From the NCBI GenBank assembly GCA_013265495.1, contig MU058824.1, positions 5,674,976-5,738,975 of the forward strand: DNA of 64,000 bases, given 5' to 3'. The DNA comes from Vicugna vicugna (Eukaryota). The position numbers and the translations under genes were made by a program. Every line of letters starts with the position of its first letter. The first letter of the stretch is position 1. The notes under the pieces are model-generated. The model was not told the DNA's origin, did no database searches, and worked only from the letters and a program-made list of their open reading frames with translations. This document shows positions 24,640-37,890 of this stretch, piece after piece.

Positions 24640-27600
24640 GAGATGTTAAAGCAATAATGCTTTAATGTGAATTATATAAACAAACCATTTAAAAGACAGA
24701 AATTGTGAGACTGATGAAAAACCAAGACTTAACTATATATTATCTACAAAAATTCACTCTAAATATAAATAAAAGCCCAAAAGTTTAAAAGGATGGAGAA
24801 AAGTATACTATATAAATGGTAACTAAAACAAAGGTGGAGTAGCTCATTTCAGGCAAAGAAGACTTTAGAACAAGAATGCTACCAGGGATATAAAGAGATA
24901 TTACATAAAGATAAAAAGGGCAATTTTTCAATAAGCAGTACAAATTCTAAATCTACGTGCACTTAATAACAGAGCTTCAAAACACACGAGGCAAAAACTG
25001 ATAGATTTGAAAGAAGAAATCGACAATCCATAACTATAGTTGGGAGACTTCAACACTCTCTTCTCCATAATTAATTGAAGAAGGAGGCAGGAAATAATTA
25101 AGGCGAAAGATGAAAAGAACAACACTATCAACCAATGTGACTTATTTGACATTTATGGAATCTTTCACCCAACAACAGCAGAATACACATTCTTCTCAAG
25201 AACACATGAAACATTCACCAAGATAAACCACATACTTAACCATAAAGGAAATCTTAACAATTTTAAAATGAGTTAAATAGTACAAAATATCTTAGTCCAT
25301 AACAAAATTAAACACATAATCAATAACAAGAAGATACAGAAAATGTTTACAAATACTTTAAAATTAAGCAATATAATTCTAAATTACTTATGGGTCCAAT
25401 AAGAACTCAAGGGGAAATGTTTAAAATATATTTTGCACTCAATTAAAATGGAAATAAAACATATAAAATTTAGTATGATACAAGTAAAACAGTGCTAGAG
25501 GGAAACTTAGAGAATTAAATGCTTATATTAGAAAACTAAAAAGATCTAAAAATCAGCAACCTAAGTTACCAACTTAAGAAACTAGAGAAAAAAGAGAAAT
25601 TAAACCAAAAACAGCAGAAAGAAGTAAATAATAAAGGTTAGTACAGAAATAAGTAAAACTGAAAACAGAGAAAACAATAGAGAAAATCAATAAAACTCAG
25701 AGCTGGTTCTTGAGAAAATGATTAAAATGGGTAAATCTCTAGCCAGAATGACCAGGAAACAAAAGAGAGGAGACACAAAAGAGCAGAATGAGGTAAGGAA
25801 GAGAGGACATCACTACTGACACAGACTGAAAGATTTACAAGAGACTAGTAAGAATACATCTCTGACCGTAAGTGCTATAGTAAAACGGACCAATTCCTTG
25901 AAAGACACAAACTATGAAAAGTCAGTTAAGAGGAAATAGATAACCTGAATAGTCCTCTATTTATTAGATAAGTTGAATAAGTAATTAATAACCTTCCATA
26001 AAAGAATACTCTATGCCCAGGTAGCTTTACTGGCTATTTCTTTAAGGAAAAACAAATTAAAACTATAATAAAATACGAGTACATAATTCTTACAATAGTT
26101 AAAATTAAAAGCAAAAGCATCCCTCCCCCCGCCTCCCCAAAATCCTGACCATATCAGGTGCTGGAGACAATGAGGAGTAACAGGAACTCTCATTCATTGA
26201 TAATAGAAATGCAAAATAGTACAGCCATTTTAGAAAAATTTGGCAGTTTTTAATAAACACACACTTAACCATATGACTAAGTAGTCACACTCTTAAGTGA
26301 ATTATAATTTTATGTTCATACAAAAACCTGTTTTCATAATGGTCAAAACTGGAAGCAACCCAGATGTCCTTCAGTGGGTAAACAAACTAGATGCACCCAT
26401 ACAATGGAATATTACTCAGCAATAAATAGAAACAAACTATTAATTCATTCAACAAAAAGAATGAATTATAAGTGTATTGCTAAGTGAAAGAAGCCAGATC
26501 CCAAAGTCCACATACTGTATGATTCAAATTATATAACATTCTGGAAAAGACAAAACTATAAGGATGGAAAACAGGTCAGTAGTTGCCAGGAATTGGGACT
26601 AGGAGAGAGGTAGACTCCAAATGGGTCACACAAGGCAATTTTTAGGGCAATGTAACTTCTCTACCTGGTACTGTGATGGTGGACACATGAGTTTACCACA
26701 GTCCATAACACTGTACATTAATTTTTATGGCATAAACTCGTTGAAGGGAATGGGGAAGAAAGAAGCCAAATAATTTTGAAAAACAGAAATGGTTAGATTT
26801 TCTAAGCTTAAAGGAAAAAAAGAACTGTACCCAAAACTATATTATACTTCATAAATTTATTTCTTACAGGAATATAACTTAGCAATTCTGAAGTACTGTA
26901 TCTGTACACTAGATTTAATAAATAAGTAAGTACATTTCAGATTATGAGACCCCAGTCATTTTTACTGTCAGAGAAACGATTTACAAATAAGCAAGCTGGA
27001 AATGCTAGAAAGAAACCTATAGTGACAGATTAGAGTTTGAGATATTAGCATGAACTCATGTTTATAAGCGCGCACACACACACAACATATACTGATAGGT
27101 AAAAAAAATTAGTTATTTGTATACACGTAGGTTAGTGTGCATACTTTACTTCCTAGCTTTGTTCACAGAAAGGGACCACAAGCCATGATACTTCATTTAC
27201 AATGAGTACGTCTAGTGCTCAGATATTTGTTTCTAAATGCCATTCTTTAATAAAAGGAGCCAGGGAAAACTTGGGAGAAACAGCTGATTCTAGGGCTGGA
27301 GTAGGGAAAGTGAGTTTTCACTATCTTGTAGTGCCAGAAAGTAAAGAAGTCCTAAAAAAAAAAGATGGGGCAAGTCAAAAGGATGTGTGTTAACTTGAAA
27401 AAACTGCCCATGGTTAAAAGCTGGAACAGCTTAAGTGAGAAAATAAATTATATTATTTTATTATAACTGAAAGAAAAAAAATAAATATCCATGAGCCCAT
27501 ACTAATATAAATAATGTTTGAATACATACATACATAAATGACTAAATAGAAGAGAGGGAAAGGCTTCCTTACAGAAGAGTTCCAATTTATAAATGTAAAA

Positions 27601-28410
27601 GGAATGAGGGAAATAGAAAATTACCATTAGAAAAACCACAATAATAATTACTGCGGGCAAGATCCACTGACAAATTCTAAATTAGTGGGAGAATCCTTAA
27701 GGCAATATTTGCATAGTCTCAAAGTATCTTCCCCACCAAGCTATTATTTTTTTGTGGTGACTTGAGCATAAACCCACAACTCTTTGAAATCCATGACAGC
27801 AAGAACTGGAGCTTAATTCTTTCACCTGTGAGTACAGTTGCACTCAGTGACTCACTTCTAATGAATAGCACCATGGAAAGGGAAAAATGGTAATTAACAG
27901 TCGAGAAACCTTGCTGATGGCCCCTTATCCAAGTGATTCAGGTTAACATCACCAGTAATAAGTCATGTTGATATCATGTACCCCTGATATGATGAGAAGG
28001 GTAGCCCTGTGGTATTCTTCCCCCAAACCCATAACTTCAGTACAATCATGATATAATATTAGACAAAAACCTGACCACTACTCTTTGAAAGTTTTGAGGT
28101 TATGACAGACAAGGAAACTAAGAAACTCTTACAGATTGGAGGAGAGTTAGGAGAAAAGTTGACTAAATACAATGTGGTATCTATGATTAAATCATGAAAG
28201 AAACAGAAAAAGGATGCACCAAGAGAAAAACAAAACCTCTCATTTAGTTAATAATGTTGTACTAGTGTGAGATTCTTTATTTTGATAAGTGCACCATGGT
28301 CATATATGATGTTAACAATGTGGGGATCCTGGGTGAAGGGTATATGAAATCTCTCTGTGCTATCTTTGCAACACTTCTCTAAGTCTAAAATTACTTTGAA
28401 ATAAAAGAAA
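24640..28410 (+). mobile_element. L1 (L1MC/MD-like): endonuclease region, internal deletion, long 3' UTR
   Basis: EN motifs aaaggatggagaaaagtatac (KGWEK), gggagacttcaacact (GDFNT), accaagataaaccacata; jumps at ~26040-26140 to the ORF2 C-terminus; ends ctatctttgcaacacttctctaagtctaaaatt..aataaaa. Confidence 0.88.
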
Positions 28411-28824
28411 CAAAAAAATGGATTGCATTAAGAAATACTTTTGTGTGTATTCATTTAAAGTTACAAAGGTCATGATTAATGTAACTAAAAATAATTATAC
28501 CACTATTTTAAAAAGAGAGTGAAGAGAGAGTGGATGCATGGTGTAAGTGAACTAATAAAAATTCCCAGCTTGCAATGCAGATGGTCAAAAGTTCATTTCT
28601 AAGGTCGATAACTCAATAAATAACTAAATGTATTATTTAGAAAAATTGGATAATCACCAGAAAATCTTAAAACAGACCTGGTTAAAGAAAGTTTCCTATT
28701 AGAGCAGAAATATACTGACCAGAAATGGGAGGTCAGAGACTGCGATGGTCGTGACCATTTCGTTTGCAATATCTGATTTTGTGACCATATGCATATATTA
28801 TTGCAATAAAGATTAAAAACAGTA

Positions 28825-29065
28825 TTTTTCCGTAGAGGGATTCCTTGGTCAATAGTTTGAAATATATTTAGTACTTTTCTTTTCTTTTGGAGAGTCACAA
28901 CATGCATTTCCATATTAAATACTCAGAGAAACTGTAAATTAACAACAAAACAAGAGTAGCAAAATTTCTGTAAATCAGCATGCCCTGAACTTATTTGACC
29001 ACACAAACAAGTATTAGCCTTACTAGCAACTAACACGACGTAGAATGCAGTTTGGGAAATGCTGC
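28825..29065. mobile_element. Old hAT-Charlie-like MITE remnant
   Basis: ttatttgaccaca and agtttgggaaatgctg terminus; similar to 43690-43905. Confidence 0.5.
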
Positions 29066-30206
29066 ACTCTAAATCCTTGCAGAGTAAAAGAAAACCACAA
29101 CTAAGAAATTAATGTGAGTCCTCTAACTGGTGGCACAGATGAGCTCCTCCCACTCTCTGGAGCCCATAAATTACTAAACTCATCACCGTGGTTCCCGTCT
29201 GTCTCCAGTATCTATCCCAAATACTGATTTCTGGCACTATTTTGCCTTCTTAGATTCACTGTCCTTACTGCTACTTAATCATTTTGCAGGTCTTTACCAT
29301 CCTCATTCTGATTCCTGACATATGTAAATGACCCTTGAAGCGTAATGCTCGTGCTATTACCCACAGTAAGAGAGACAGACAGAGCTCTGGGATTCCTCCC
29401 TTGGATATCACCTCTCCTACGTGGGAGGAATTTCACACTCTGCCTTGAAACTCAGTAATCAAAAAGGTAGGCTTCTGCCCCCTGGGTCCTTCGAAGCCTC
29501 TAGTGCTTTGGGGTCATGGGAGGCTCCCTGTCTTACTTGGATTTTGGTCCCAAAGGGATGGTTTCTGGAAGCCAGACAAAATCTATGACTGCAGCTGTTG
29601 TAACTTACATGGTCCTGAATGAAGGCAGGTGGATTATGTATTCTCTTTGTTCTCACTATGGATTTATGGGAAGGAAGGGTTATTTTTCCCCTTGTCCAAA
29701 TATCTTAAATCATTCAAAGGCAGAAATAGACTTTAAGCAGAAAAATGCAAATGTAACTGGGACACTTACAATGACCTAAATGCATGCTGATTACCTCTTC
29801 TGTTATTTTCTGCCCTTAAATAAAGAAAATAAAATAAATGTCAGCAGTAAGAAAAATGAAAGTAGGTCAGACTACAGAACCATTAGATCAAAAGCAGTTA
29901 GAACCAAACACACCTCTCCCAAGTGGGAAGTGAGAAATCAACATGTAAATGAAAAGCATTTGAAGAGTTGTAGCAGTTCCTCTATTAGCCTTGGCAATTA
30001 GTAGGAGGGCATTAAATTATTCTGGGGACTGCATCTTGTTAACTGGAACAAAGTGGAAATGCTGGTAATGTTACTGAAAGAGATGAGTCACTCCAAAACA
30101 GAACTTCCATTGGGTGGGACTCACATTCTTTAGAAAATGAGAAGAATGAGCAATGAAGGATGTTCCCTGCTGAGACAGTTTATGGGGGAAGACAGTTTAA
30201 CTTTAC

Positions 30207-30208
<2 letters not shown>

Positions 30209-30244
<36 letters not shown>

Positions 30245-30257
30245 TGTGCGTGCGTGC
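30209..30257 (+). repeat. (TG)16 microsatellite extended by TG/CG alternation
   Basis: Direct reading. Confidence 0.97.
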
Positions 30258-30737
30258 CTACTGGTTCTTTCCAATCAACTGTGACTGAAAGCCCAATACA
30301 CCACTATGTGGTGATCAAATGCCTACAGCATGACCATGGACGCCCACTGAAGACACACTGATTGTGCTCATGCCTATTAATGATTGTTATGCTATGCTAT
30401 TCTCTTCTGGAATTTTGCTTTTAATGTACCCTCATATGGGATCAAGTTAACACATCCATCCTTGTCCTACAAATTTTAACAGAGTTAATACCATTTGTAC
30501 AGGCATGAAGGAAAGAGAAGCAGCTAAATAAATATGGAACATGCCTGTCAATGAAAAAAGGTGCTCACAAAGTGTTTTTAGAACAGAGTAAGATTTTGGG
30601 AGATATCCTCTGAAAGAAGGAAAGGGAGCAGTTCTGTGAATTTAGTCAGGTAATGCAATAGTAAAGAAGGCTCTAAGAACTGATAGAAGACATTAGAGAA
30701 TAAATAATGAATGATTTAATTGACTACAGGTACTAAC

Positions 30738-30847
30738 TCTCAAAAACTTGAATTTATTTTTGGTCCTAATACAGATAGTCCCCATAATGTCTGTTCTCCA
30801 ATAGTGCCCAAATTACTATGAATCTACAGAGAATCTTGAGTTTGTAC
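30738..30847 (-). pseudogene. Exon remnant, VWD C-terminal-like
   Basis: cctttgacttttcag|GT...AGA|gttagt; GTNSRFSVDS**FGHYWRTDIMGTICIRTKNKFKFLR. Confidence 0.6.
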
Positions 30848-30984
30848 CTGAAAAGTCAAAGGTAACATACTAAGACCCAAAAGACTGAACTTAGATAAAG
30901 AAGTATCTCAAATTCCCTTGTGCTTAATATGTAGGAGGAATAAAGTCCTATCTTTACTACTAGTTGTTAGCCTTTGGAATGTAC

Positions 30985-31093
30985 CATTTTCCATATCATT
31001 CAAGAAAAATGTAGGAAACATAACAGGGCCCATCATTTTATACATTCTATAGTATGAGTGTTGGAAATTCCTTCTGATCTTCTGTTCCCTGAA
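30985..31093 (-). pseudogene. Exon remnant, VWD middle-like
   Basis: ccatttgtcag|...AAT G|gtacat; ends FFLNDMENG in phase 1, joining the next exon in frame; GPC in an adjacent frame where GLCG is expected. Confidence 0.5.
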
Positions 31094-31334
31094 CTGACAA
31101 ATGGGACATTCAAATAGCAAGAAAGAGAAATTTAGCATTCCTTAGCAACATAGCTCATAAGATAGGGGCTCCTGGAAAAACTCGTTTGAGTTTGTGGCAA
31201 ATAAATCATTTTTATTTCTAAATGATCACCATGATGTTTACTCTGTTATATGTAAAAGCAGAAGTACATGCTTTCATTTTGATTAGTGATCTTTAGACTT
31301 TTTAGGTTGTATCCTAAATTTACATGAAAAACCC

Positions 31335-32505
31335 TCACGAACAAGGTTATACAGAAAGGGAAAAGATTCACAATGGCCAACATAATACTGAAGATGAACA
31401 AAGTTGGAGGGCTGACACTATCTTACTTCAAGACTTAATATAAAGCTATAGTAATCAAGATAGTGTGGTACTGGCACAAGAATAGACAGATAGATCAATG
31501 GAACATAGAGCCCAGAAATAAACCACACAAGTATGGTCAACTAATCTTTGACAAATGAAAAAATGCAATCCAATAAAAAACAATAGATGTTTCAACAAAT
31601 GGTGCTAAAACAATTGGATGTCCACAGGAAAAACAAAATAAACTAAAAAACAAAGAAACATAAAAGAACAACAACAAAAGAATTTATACACAGACCTTAC
31701 ATCCTAAAAAATTCTCAAAACAGCTCACAGACCTAATGGAAAACATGAAACTAAAACTTCTAGAAGATTACACAGGAGAAACTCTAGATGACCTTCACAA
31801 TGAGTTTTTAGATACAGCACCAAAAAAGGTCCGTGAAAGAAAACTTGATATGTTGAACTTCATTAAAGTCAAATTAAAAACTAAAAACTTCTGCTCTACA
31901 GAAGACATTGTTAAGAAAATGAAAACAAGCTACACTGGAGAAAATATCTGCAAAACACATATCTGATGAAAAAAACTTGTATCCAAAATAAACAAAGAAC
32001 TCTTAAAACTCAACAATAAGAAAAAAAATCCAGTTAAAAAATGGATGAATAATCTGAACAAACACCTTGCCAAGGAGGATATACAAATGGCAAATAAACA
32101 TATGAATAGATGCTCAACATCGTATGCCATCAAAGACATGCAAATTAAGATGACAATGAGATACCACTACACACCTATTAGAATGGCTAAAATCTGAAAC
32201 CCTGACAACATCGAATGCTGGCAAGGACCTGGAGCAACAGGAACTTTCTTTCATCGCTGGTGATAACACAAAAGGAACAATCATAGTACAGTTACTATAC
32301 AATCCCACAATCATGCTCCTTGACAGTGACCTAAATGAGTTAAAAACATATAATTTGAAAATACAAACACATAGAAACCGGCACAAAAATGTTACCAAAA
32401 CTTGGAAGCACCCAAGATGTTCTTCAATAGGTGAATGGATACACAAACTGTGTACATCCATAAAGTAGACTATTATTCAGTGATAAAAATAAATGAACTA
32501 TCAAG

Positions 32506-32548
<43 letters not shown>

Positions 32549-33010
32549 GAAATGGAGGAACTTTAAATGCACACACTAAGAGGAAGAAGCTTGAAAAGTT
32601 TCAAAAGGCTGCATACTATGTGATTCCAACTATATAATATTCTAGAGAAGACAAAACTATGGAGATAGTAAAAAGATCAGTGATTGCCAGAGGTAGGAAA
32701 GCAGGAGAGATGAGTAGGCAGAGCATAGATGATTTTAGAGTAGTAAAACTATTCTGTATGATACTATGGTAGAAGTGTACAACACAGAGTAAACCCTAAT
32801 GTAAACCATGGCTCCAGTTAATAATAATGTATCAATATTCATTCATCAACTGTAACAAATATACCATACTAAATGAAAGATATTAATAATAGGTGAAACA
32901 GTGGCAAGGGGTGAGAGGTGAGCAAGGGGTGGGGGGCATTGGGAAGTATCTGTATTCTCTGCTGAATCTTTCTCTAAACTTAAGGCTGCTCTAAAAATAA
33001 AGTCTATCAA
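31335..33010 (+). mobile_element. L1 (L1MC1/MB-like) ORF2 3' half and 3' UTR
   Basis: aaagctatagtaatcaagatagtgtggtactggcac, ttcaacaaatggtgc, gagataccactacacacctattagaatggc, ctctaaaaataaagtctat. Confidence 0.92.
32507..32546 (+). repeat. (CA)20 microsatellite inside L1
   Basis: Direct reading; grown from aagcCACA. Confidence 0.97.
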
Positions 33011-33410
33011 TGTAAATAAAATACACAGAAACATACATAAACAAACCAATCAATATTTTAAAAGTTGCCACTTTTCTAAAGGAGGCATGTGGCCTCCTCG
33101 GTGAAAGTTAAAGATCATCTGCCCCAGCAAGCTGGTTTACCTCCCTTCCCTATTCTTCTTCCACTCCATTTCTGCTGCCAGCTCAACTCCTATTAATTGC
33201 TGAGACCCATATAAGTGATATCCTGAGTCAGGCTTTAAGACAGGAGTCATCCTGAATATAATCATCCTATGATACTAACCATCCTATGATTATAAATGAA
33301 TAGAAAAAATGTTAGCCAAAGAACAGACTTTGTCAACAAGTCTCTATATCCAGAACATATGACTAAAGGTTGAGAGATGGGGTGTGTGAGAACCCCCTCC
33401 ATTCAACTAC

Positions 33411-33640
33411 TCTGTTTTGGACTTGAGAGGATGCCCCTTGTCCTCTCTGCAATATGGAGGGAGGAAAGTTTCCTTCCAGAGCTTCCTCTGAACTGGTTTT
33501 CCAATATGGCAGAGTCCTGGAATAATTTATCGGTGGCTCTCAGAACTTCACCCCTGGCTTTGTAGTGACCAACATTCTTATACTCTGTCCAGAGCAAATC
33601 AAAACAAAAATACCATATTGAAATATCTGCCACTTATAAC
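33411..33640 (-). pseudogene. Exon remnant, VWD N-terminal-like (3' boundary uncertain)
   Basis: ttattcatatcacag|GT TAT AAG: GYKWQIFQYGIFVLICSGQSIRMLVTTKPGVKF*; an overlapping frame continues ...GEVLRATDKLFQDSAILENQFRGSSGRKLSSL. Confidence 0.55.
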
Positions 33641-34634
33641 CTGTGATATGAATAAGTAACACATAATTGGAATTGAGGTAGAGGGTACCACTGACCAATC
33701 CATTCAGCTTATCAACTTTTTTCCCAGAAGAGATTTTGTATGTGTTGTATCCATAAACTGAAAGGATATGCACTCCTTAACCTCCACAATGTCAGAGAGA
33801 CCTGCAACCCCCGCAGCCTTAAGTCAATTCATTCTTCTCCCCAGTCTTCACTTTGCCATGGAAAAACCTGGTACGGCTTGAGCAGGGGAAGCTAGAAGTC
33901 ACATGGTCCAAGTCTCATTCCATCACTTTAAGGCAAAGATATTAAGTCAATTTTATTTCATTCTAACCTGCATTATCAGCCAAATATATTGAATACAGGA
34001 CCTCTAATAACACAAAATACAGAAATTCAGAGCAGCCCATTGAAAGATTAGCTTTTTAGTTTGTTTTTCTTAAGAAATGTTTACAGCCCTTTATAGTGGG
34101 CGTCCTCTGGAATGAATAGAAAAGATTATTTGGGCTGCAGATGTTCAAATGACATAATATACTGTATTATAGGTGCTGACACACACAAATCCTAATTAAT
34201 ATTTATTGACTTCTAAAGAACTTGGGTTCTAGCCAATCTGTTCAGAATACTTGTCTAGAGAATGACTGCCCTTGTGCCCTGCCTTTCAGATTTGACATCC
34301 CATTCAAGGTTAAACTAAGCAAAGAGTTTAGGAATTTCCACTTGTGGCTTGCCACTAAGAGTTACGTCTATATTTCTATCATAAACACATTATGTCCCAA
34401 CTTCTAAGATGACAGACATATATATAAGGACATTCGGTCAACTTCTTGGGGAAGGGAGCAATTAACAGTACCTCCAAAACCGATCGGACAAAGGAGAAAA
34501 TGGAACCTAGAACTCTTGGGACCAATGAATGAATCTGGCCCTTGGGGCCATGGAGTGTCAGTTTGCATTTGTGTTTGAAATACGAATAAGTGTGTTCACA
34601 TTCCATGTATGTTTTCTTGCTAGGCTAACCATAC

Positions 34635-34826
34635 CGTAGTCCCTGTCACTGCTGCTGCTTTACTTTACATCTGTTTTCTTCATTAGGGAGATCACTCGGT
34701 TATAACCAGTCAAAGAACTTAGTATCCTGAGCACATTTTACAACCCAAATCACTCCCTGAAGTGTTTCCGTAAGCTCCAATTTGGCAAAAATACACAGCT
34801 TGACTTGTTTCTAGAATTTCAGGATG
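34635..34826 (-). pseudogene. 192-nt exon remnant with an ephrin-receptor-like (GCC2/GCC3) Cys repeat
   Basis: tttccatattttag|CAT...ACG|gtatgg; HPEILETSQAVYFCQIGAYGNTSGSDLGCKMCSGY*. Confidence 0.6.
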
Positions 34827-35724
34827 CTAAAATATGGAAACCTTTCCCTAAGCACTGAGCGCAGTTACGTTGTTGCCATATCCACCCAAGGAATCAAAGT
34901 GCTCCCCAGTTAGAGTCTGGCTACACTTAATTTGGTGTATTATTTAAAAGGATGTGAGGAGAGAAAATATTGTATATGAGCTGTTTGTGAAAGAAGACAG
35001 GAAAAATCATTCTGAAATGCTCATTGCAGAAACGATGCTTTGGAAGCAATTTTTAGAATGTGAAATAAGCAAGCATCTTGGTTATTCTAGAGTCCCCCTT
35101 TTTTCAGTTTATAAGTACTCTTACTGAAGATCTCTAGCAGAGGTTTCTTAAATAGGATTGAGAAAATGTCTTGTCCATCTAAATTGGTTGCTTTAAATAG
35201 ATCATGCTTCGTCTATGAAAAATTAATTCTGACTCCAAATTTGACAGAATCTATGATTTTTTTCTTTATGTCTGAAAAGCTGCATGAAACTTTTCTGTAT
35301 GATCTGCCTTTGAAGTTTAATTCTGTAGGAACCATGTTTTATTGAGGCCTATTGAGGCCCAGAAAAGGTACAAAATACTATAAGAAAATGGTATTCATAG
35401 ACCTTCCAGGGGAGAAAAGATGGAGGAAGGAAAAGGAGAGAAAAAGAGAAATCCTGCTGGTCCAGTACTCCCAGCCCCCTGCCAGGATTTTTTGTCTCAG
35501 GCAGCAAAAATAATCTGTGAACCTGTGGGCACATATCTAAAGTCACTTAGACCTACACATTTTCTGATTGTCTCTGTCTGATTAAATAAGCCCCAAAGAC
35601 ATAATGAATAATTTATGATAAATCAATGTCTACATAGAATAAAAGCACATTTTAAAAAGGTTGTTTTATGTCTAAGTCCAAAGTGAATGCTAAGTTTGTC
35701 CTTGTTTGTGAGCTCTTTAATTAC

Positions 35725-35799
35725 CATTGTCTTAGTTTTATCTTCAATTTCAAATATAATTAAGAATAAGAAGTAAATATTGAATAGATCTTTTACAGC
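35725..35799 (-). pseudogene. 75-nt exon remnant
   Basis: cttcctttgcag|GCT...ATG|gtaatt; AVKDLFNIYFLFLIIFEIEDKTKTM open in phase 0, matching the next exon. Confidence 0.5.
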
Positions 35800-36153
35800 C
35801 TGCAAAGGAAGCTACATATATTATCCCACGGAATCTTCACAACACTGTGGTTAGGTTGGTTATCAGCATTATATGTGTCAGAGATTCGAGGTCTACAGGT
35901 GAGTCAATGGAGATGTGTGATGTGATTATACCAAGGTGAAACATCTGACTTAAGCAGCAATATCAAGTCACAACTCAAATATTTGACAGTCCAACTCTGG
36001 GCCTTTTTAATTATATGAAGCCTCGTTTTTAAGAGGGCTTTTCTCAGGCTGTGGGGCGGACCCACGCATGTGCTGAAGAAGCTCTACATCGTCTTTGAAG
36101 GCCAAGATGGGAGCCACGGAAACTTTCCACTGTGTGTCAGTTCTAATTCTCAC

Positions 36154-36224
36154 CCATTCCGACACCACAGCGGCCGCTGGATGGGAAGCTTATGGGGTGT
36201 TCTGAGGCTCTGCAGCTCTCAAAA
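36154..36224 (-). pseudogene. 71-nt exon candidate
   Basis: ctttctattttcaag|...TGG|gtgaga; one open frame FESCRASEHPISFPSSGRCGVGM; true frame ambiguous. Confidence 0.35.
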
Positions 36225-37890
36225 CTTGAAAATAGAAAGGCTGTTCTCTGCCTTGCTTTGCATTCTTTTGATGTGATATGTCTGAGTCCTTTCCATTATC
36301 CCCTTAATTCACTCCCAGATACAGATATTCAGGAAAGGAGTAGGTCCCAAACATCAAAAGAGTATCATAAAAATATGTTTTATTGCTCTTCTTCCTATAT
36401 CCCAACAATTTCAAATGGTTGTGAAGTTAATTTTACCTCTTCTTTCCTCTGTATCTTATCAGAAAGGAAGAGCAGTAAGTACATACAGTAGAAAAGCTCA
36501 GTTATATGGAGCCTCCTCGGAGTGTGCTGAAGTTCAAGGTTGATGAGTTTTAGGCCTAAACTTCTGAACGTATCATTCATTTCTAGTTTTCTTGCCTCCA
36601 AATTTCAAGCCTCCTTTTGTAGAACTCAAAGCACAACTCCTCTTTGGCCTTTTATTTTTAAGATTTTCAAGAGCTCATATAAATATTAAGCAGTAACAGC
36701 AGCCCCAACATTTCTTGGGCACCTACCTTGTACAAAGCACTTGTCAGACATGTGACATAGCACAAGCGTAGACACTTTAGCCACTTGGAGTAGACGGCCC
36801 CCATCCTCCAACCCCTACCATCTCTACTGCTTCATTTTTTTTGCTGTAGACTGGCTAGAGAAAAGTGATGTGGTGTGACAACCAACTGTGCAGAATATAC
36901 CTAGTCATCTTGAGTAGTTTTAGTCCAATCAGAATTTATTTGGTCATTATTAGGCAGTAATAATGATATCCATCTTATGGAATTTTTTAAAAGGAAAAGA
37001 GACACAATGTATGCAAGAACCAAATGTATCTGAAACAGTAAACATTTGGGAAATGGTAGTTTTAAATGTTAAATCATGAAGGAAGTTGGAGTGATGAAAT
37101 GATAGGAAGTAGGGCCTGTATAAATAATCCCACTGAGAGCTTGGACTTGGAAAAGTATAAGGCATTTCTTCCTGAGCACACTGGCAACTACTGAGGACTT
37201 GCGATCAAAGGTAACTTGGGATCTTGCTTTTAGGTGTCACTGGTGGTTTCTAACGAACTACTTGATCTAATACATAGGGACTTAACTCAGTGGCTGCTTC
37301 CTGAATCCTTAACAGGTTCTTTGAAGTCCAACATTTCAGAGAAATTGAGGATTGTCTGAAGTGCTTGGCAACATGCATTAGCTCTGTAGATGTCTAATGC
37401 TTGCATCTTTCATATCTTTCAAACTGAGATACCTGGGAGAGCCGATGGAAAGGATTACAGCATTGATGAACCTAATGACAGAACTCTGACTCCATCTTAA
37501 AACTCAACAATTGCATGTTGTACAACAGAGGCAGAGATAACTATAACTAGAATTTCCATGGAAGGAAAAGAGGTATTAATTCTGAGAGCAAGAATCAGCA
37601 GCCATAGAATAGATGGCTTTAGAGCCTGGTCTTGAAGGTTGACCAGGGGGCTGATAAACGGAAGAGGGAAAACAGTATTTGAGACAGAAAGAACACAAAG
37701 AATAAAGGCATACATATGGACGGCAATAGAGGAAATGACTACAGAGAACTGCAGAATAAATAAAATCACAATATTTGAGAGGTATGACCAAAGGGTAATT
37801 CCTGGTAACATTTCTCAGAGGTGGGAACAGGAGGGCCTCTTGATAAACAGCAGAGATGTCTGCAAGTGGAAAATGTCAATGTCATTCTAC

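Noticed and set aside
31736..33049. Several 67-115 aa ORFs, likewise at 24928-25152, 39622-39831 and 58821-59469
   Set aside because: Sense or antisense fragments of degraded L1; no intact ORF1/ORF2.
30738..33640. Vitellogenin remnant as the identity of the VWD-like exons
   Set aside because: FGHYW resembles the vitellogenin VWD end, but upstream sushi, Cys-repeat and anchor segments and many downstream exons do not fit vitellogenin architecture; no gene symbol assigned.
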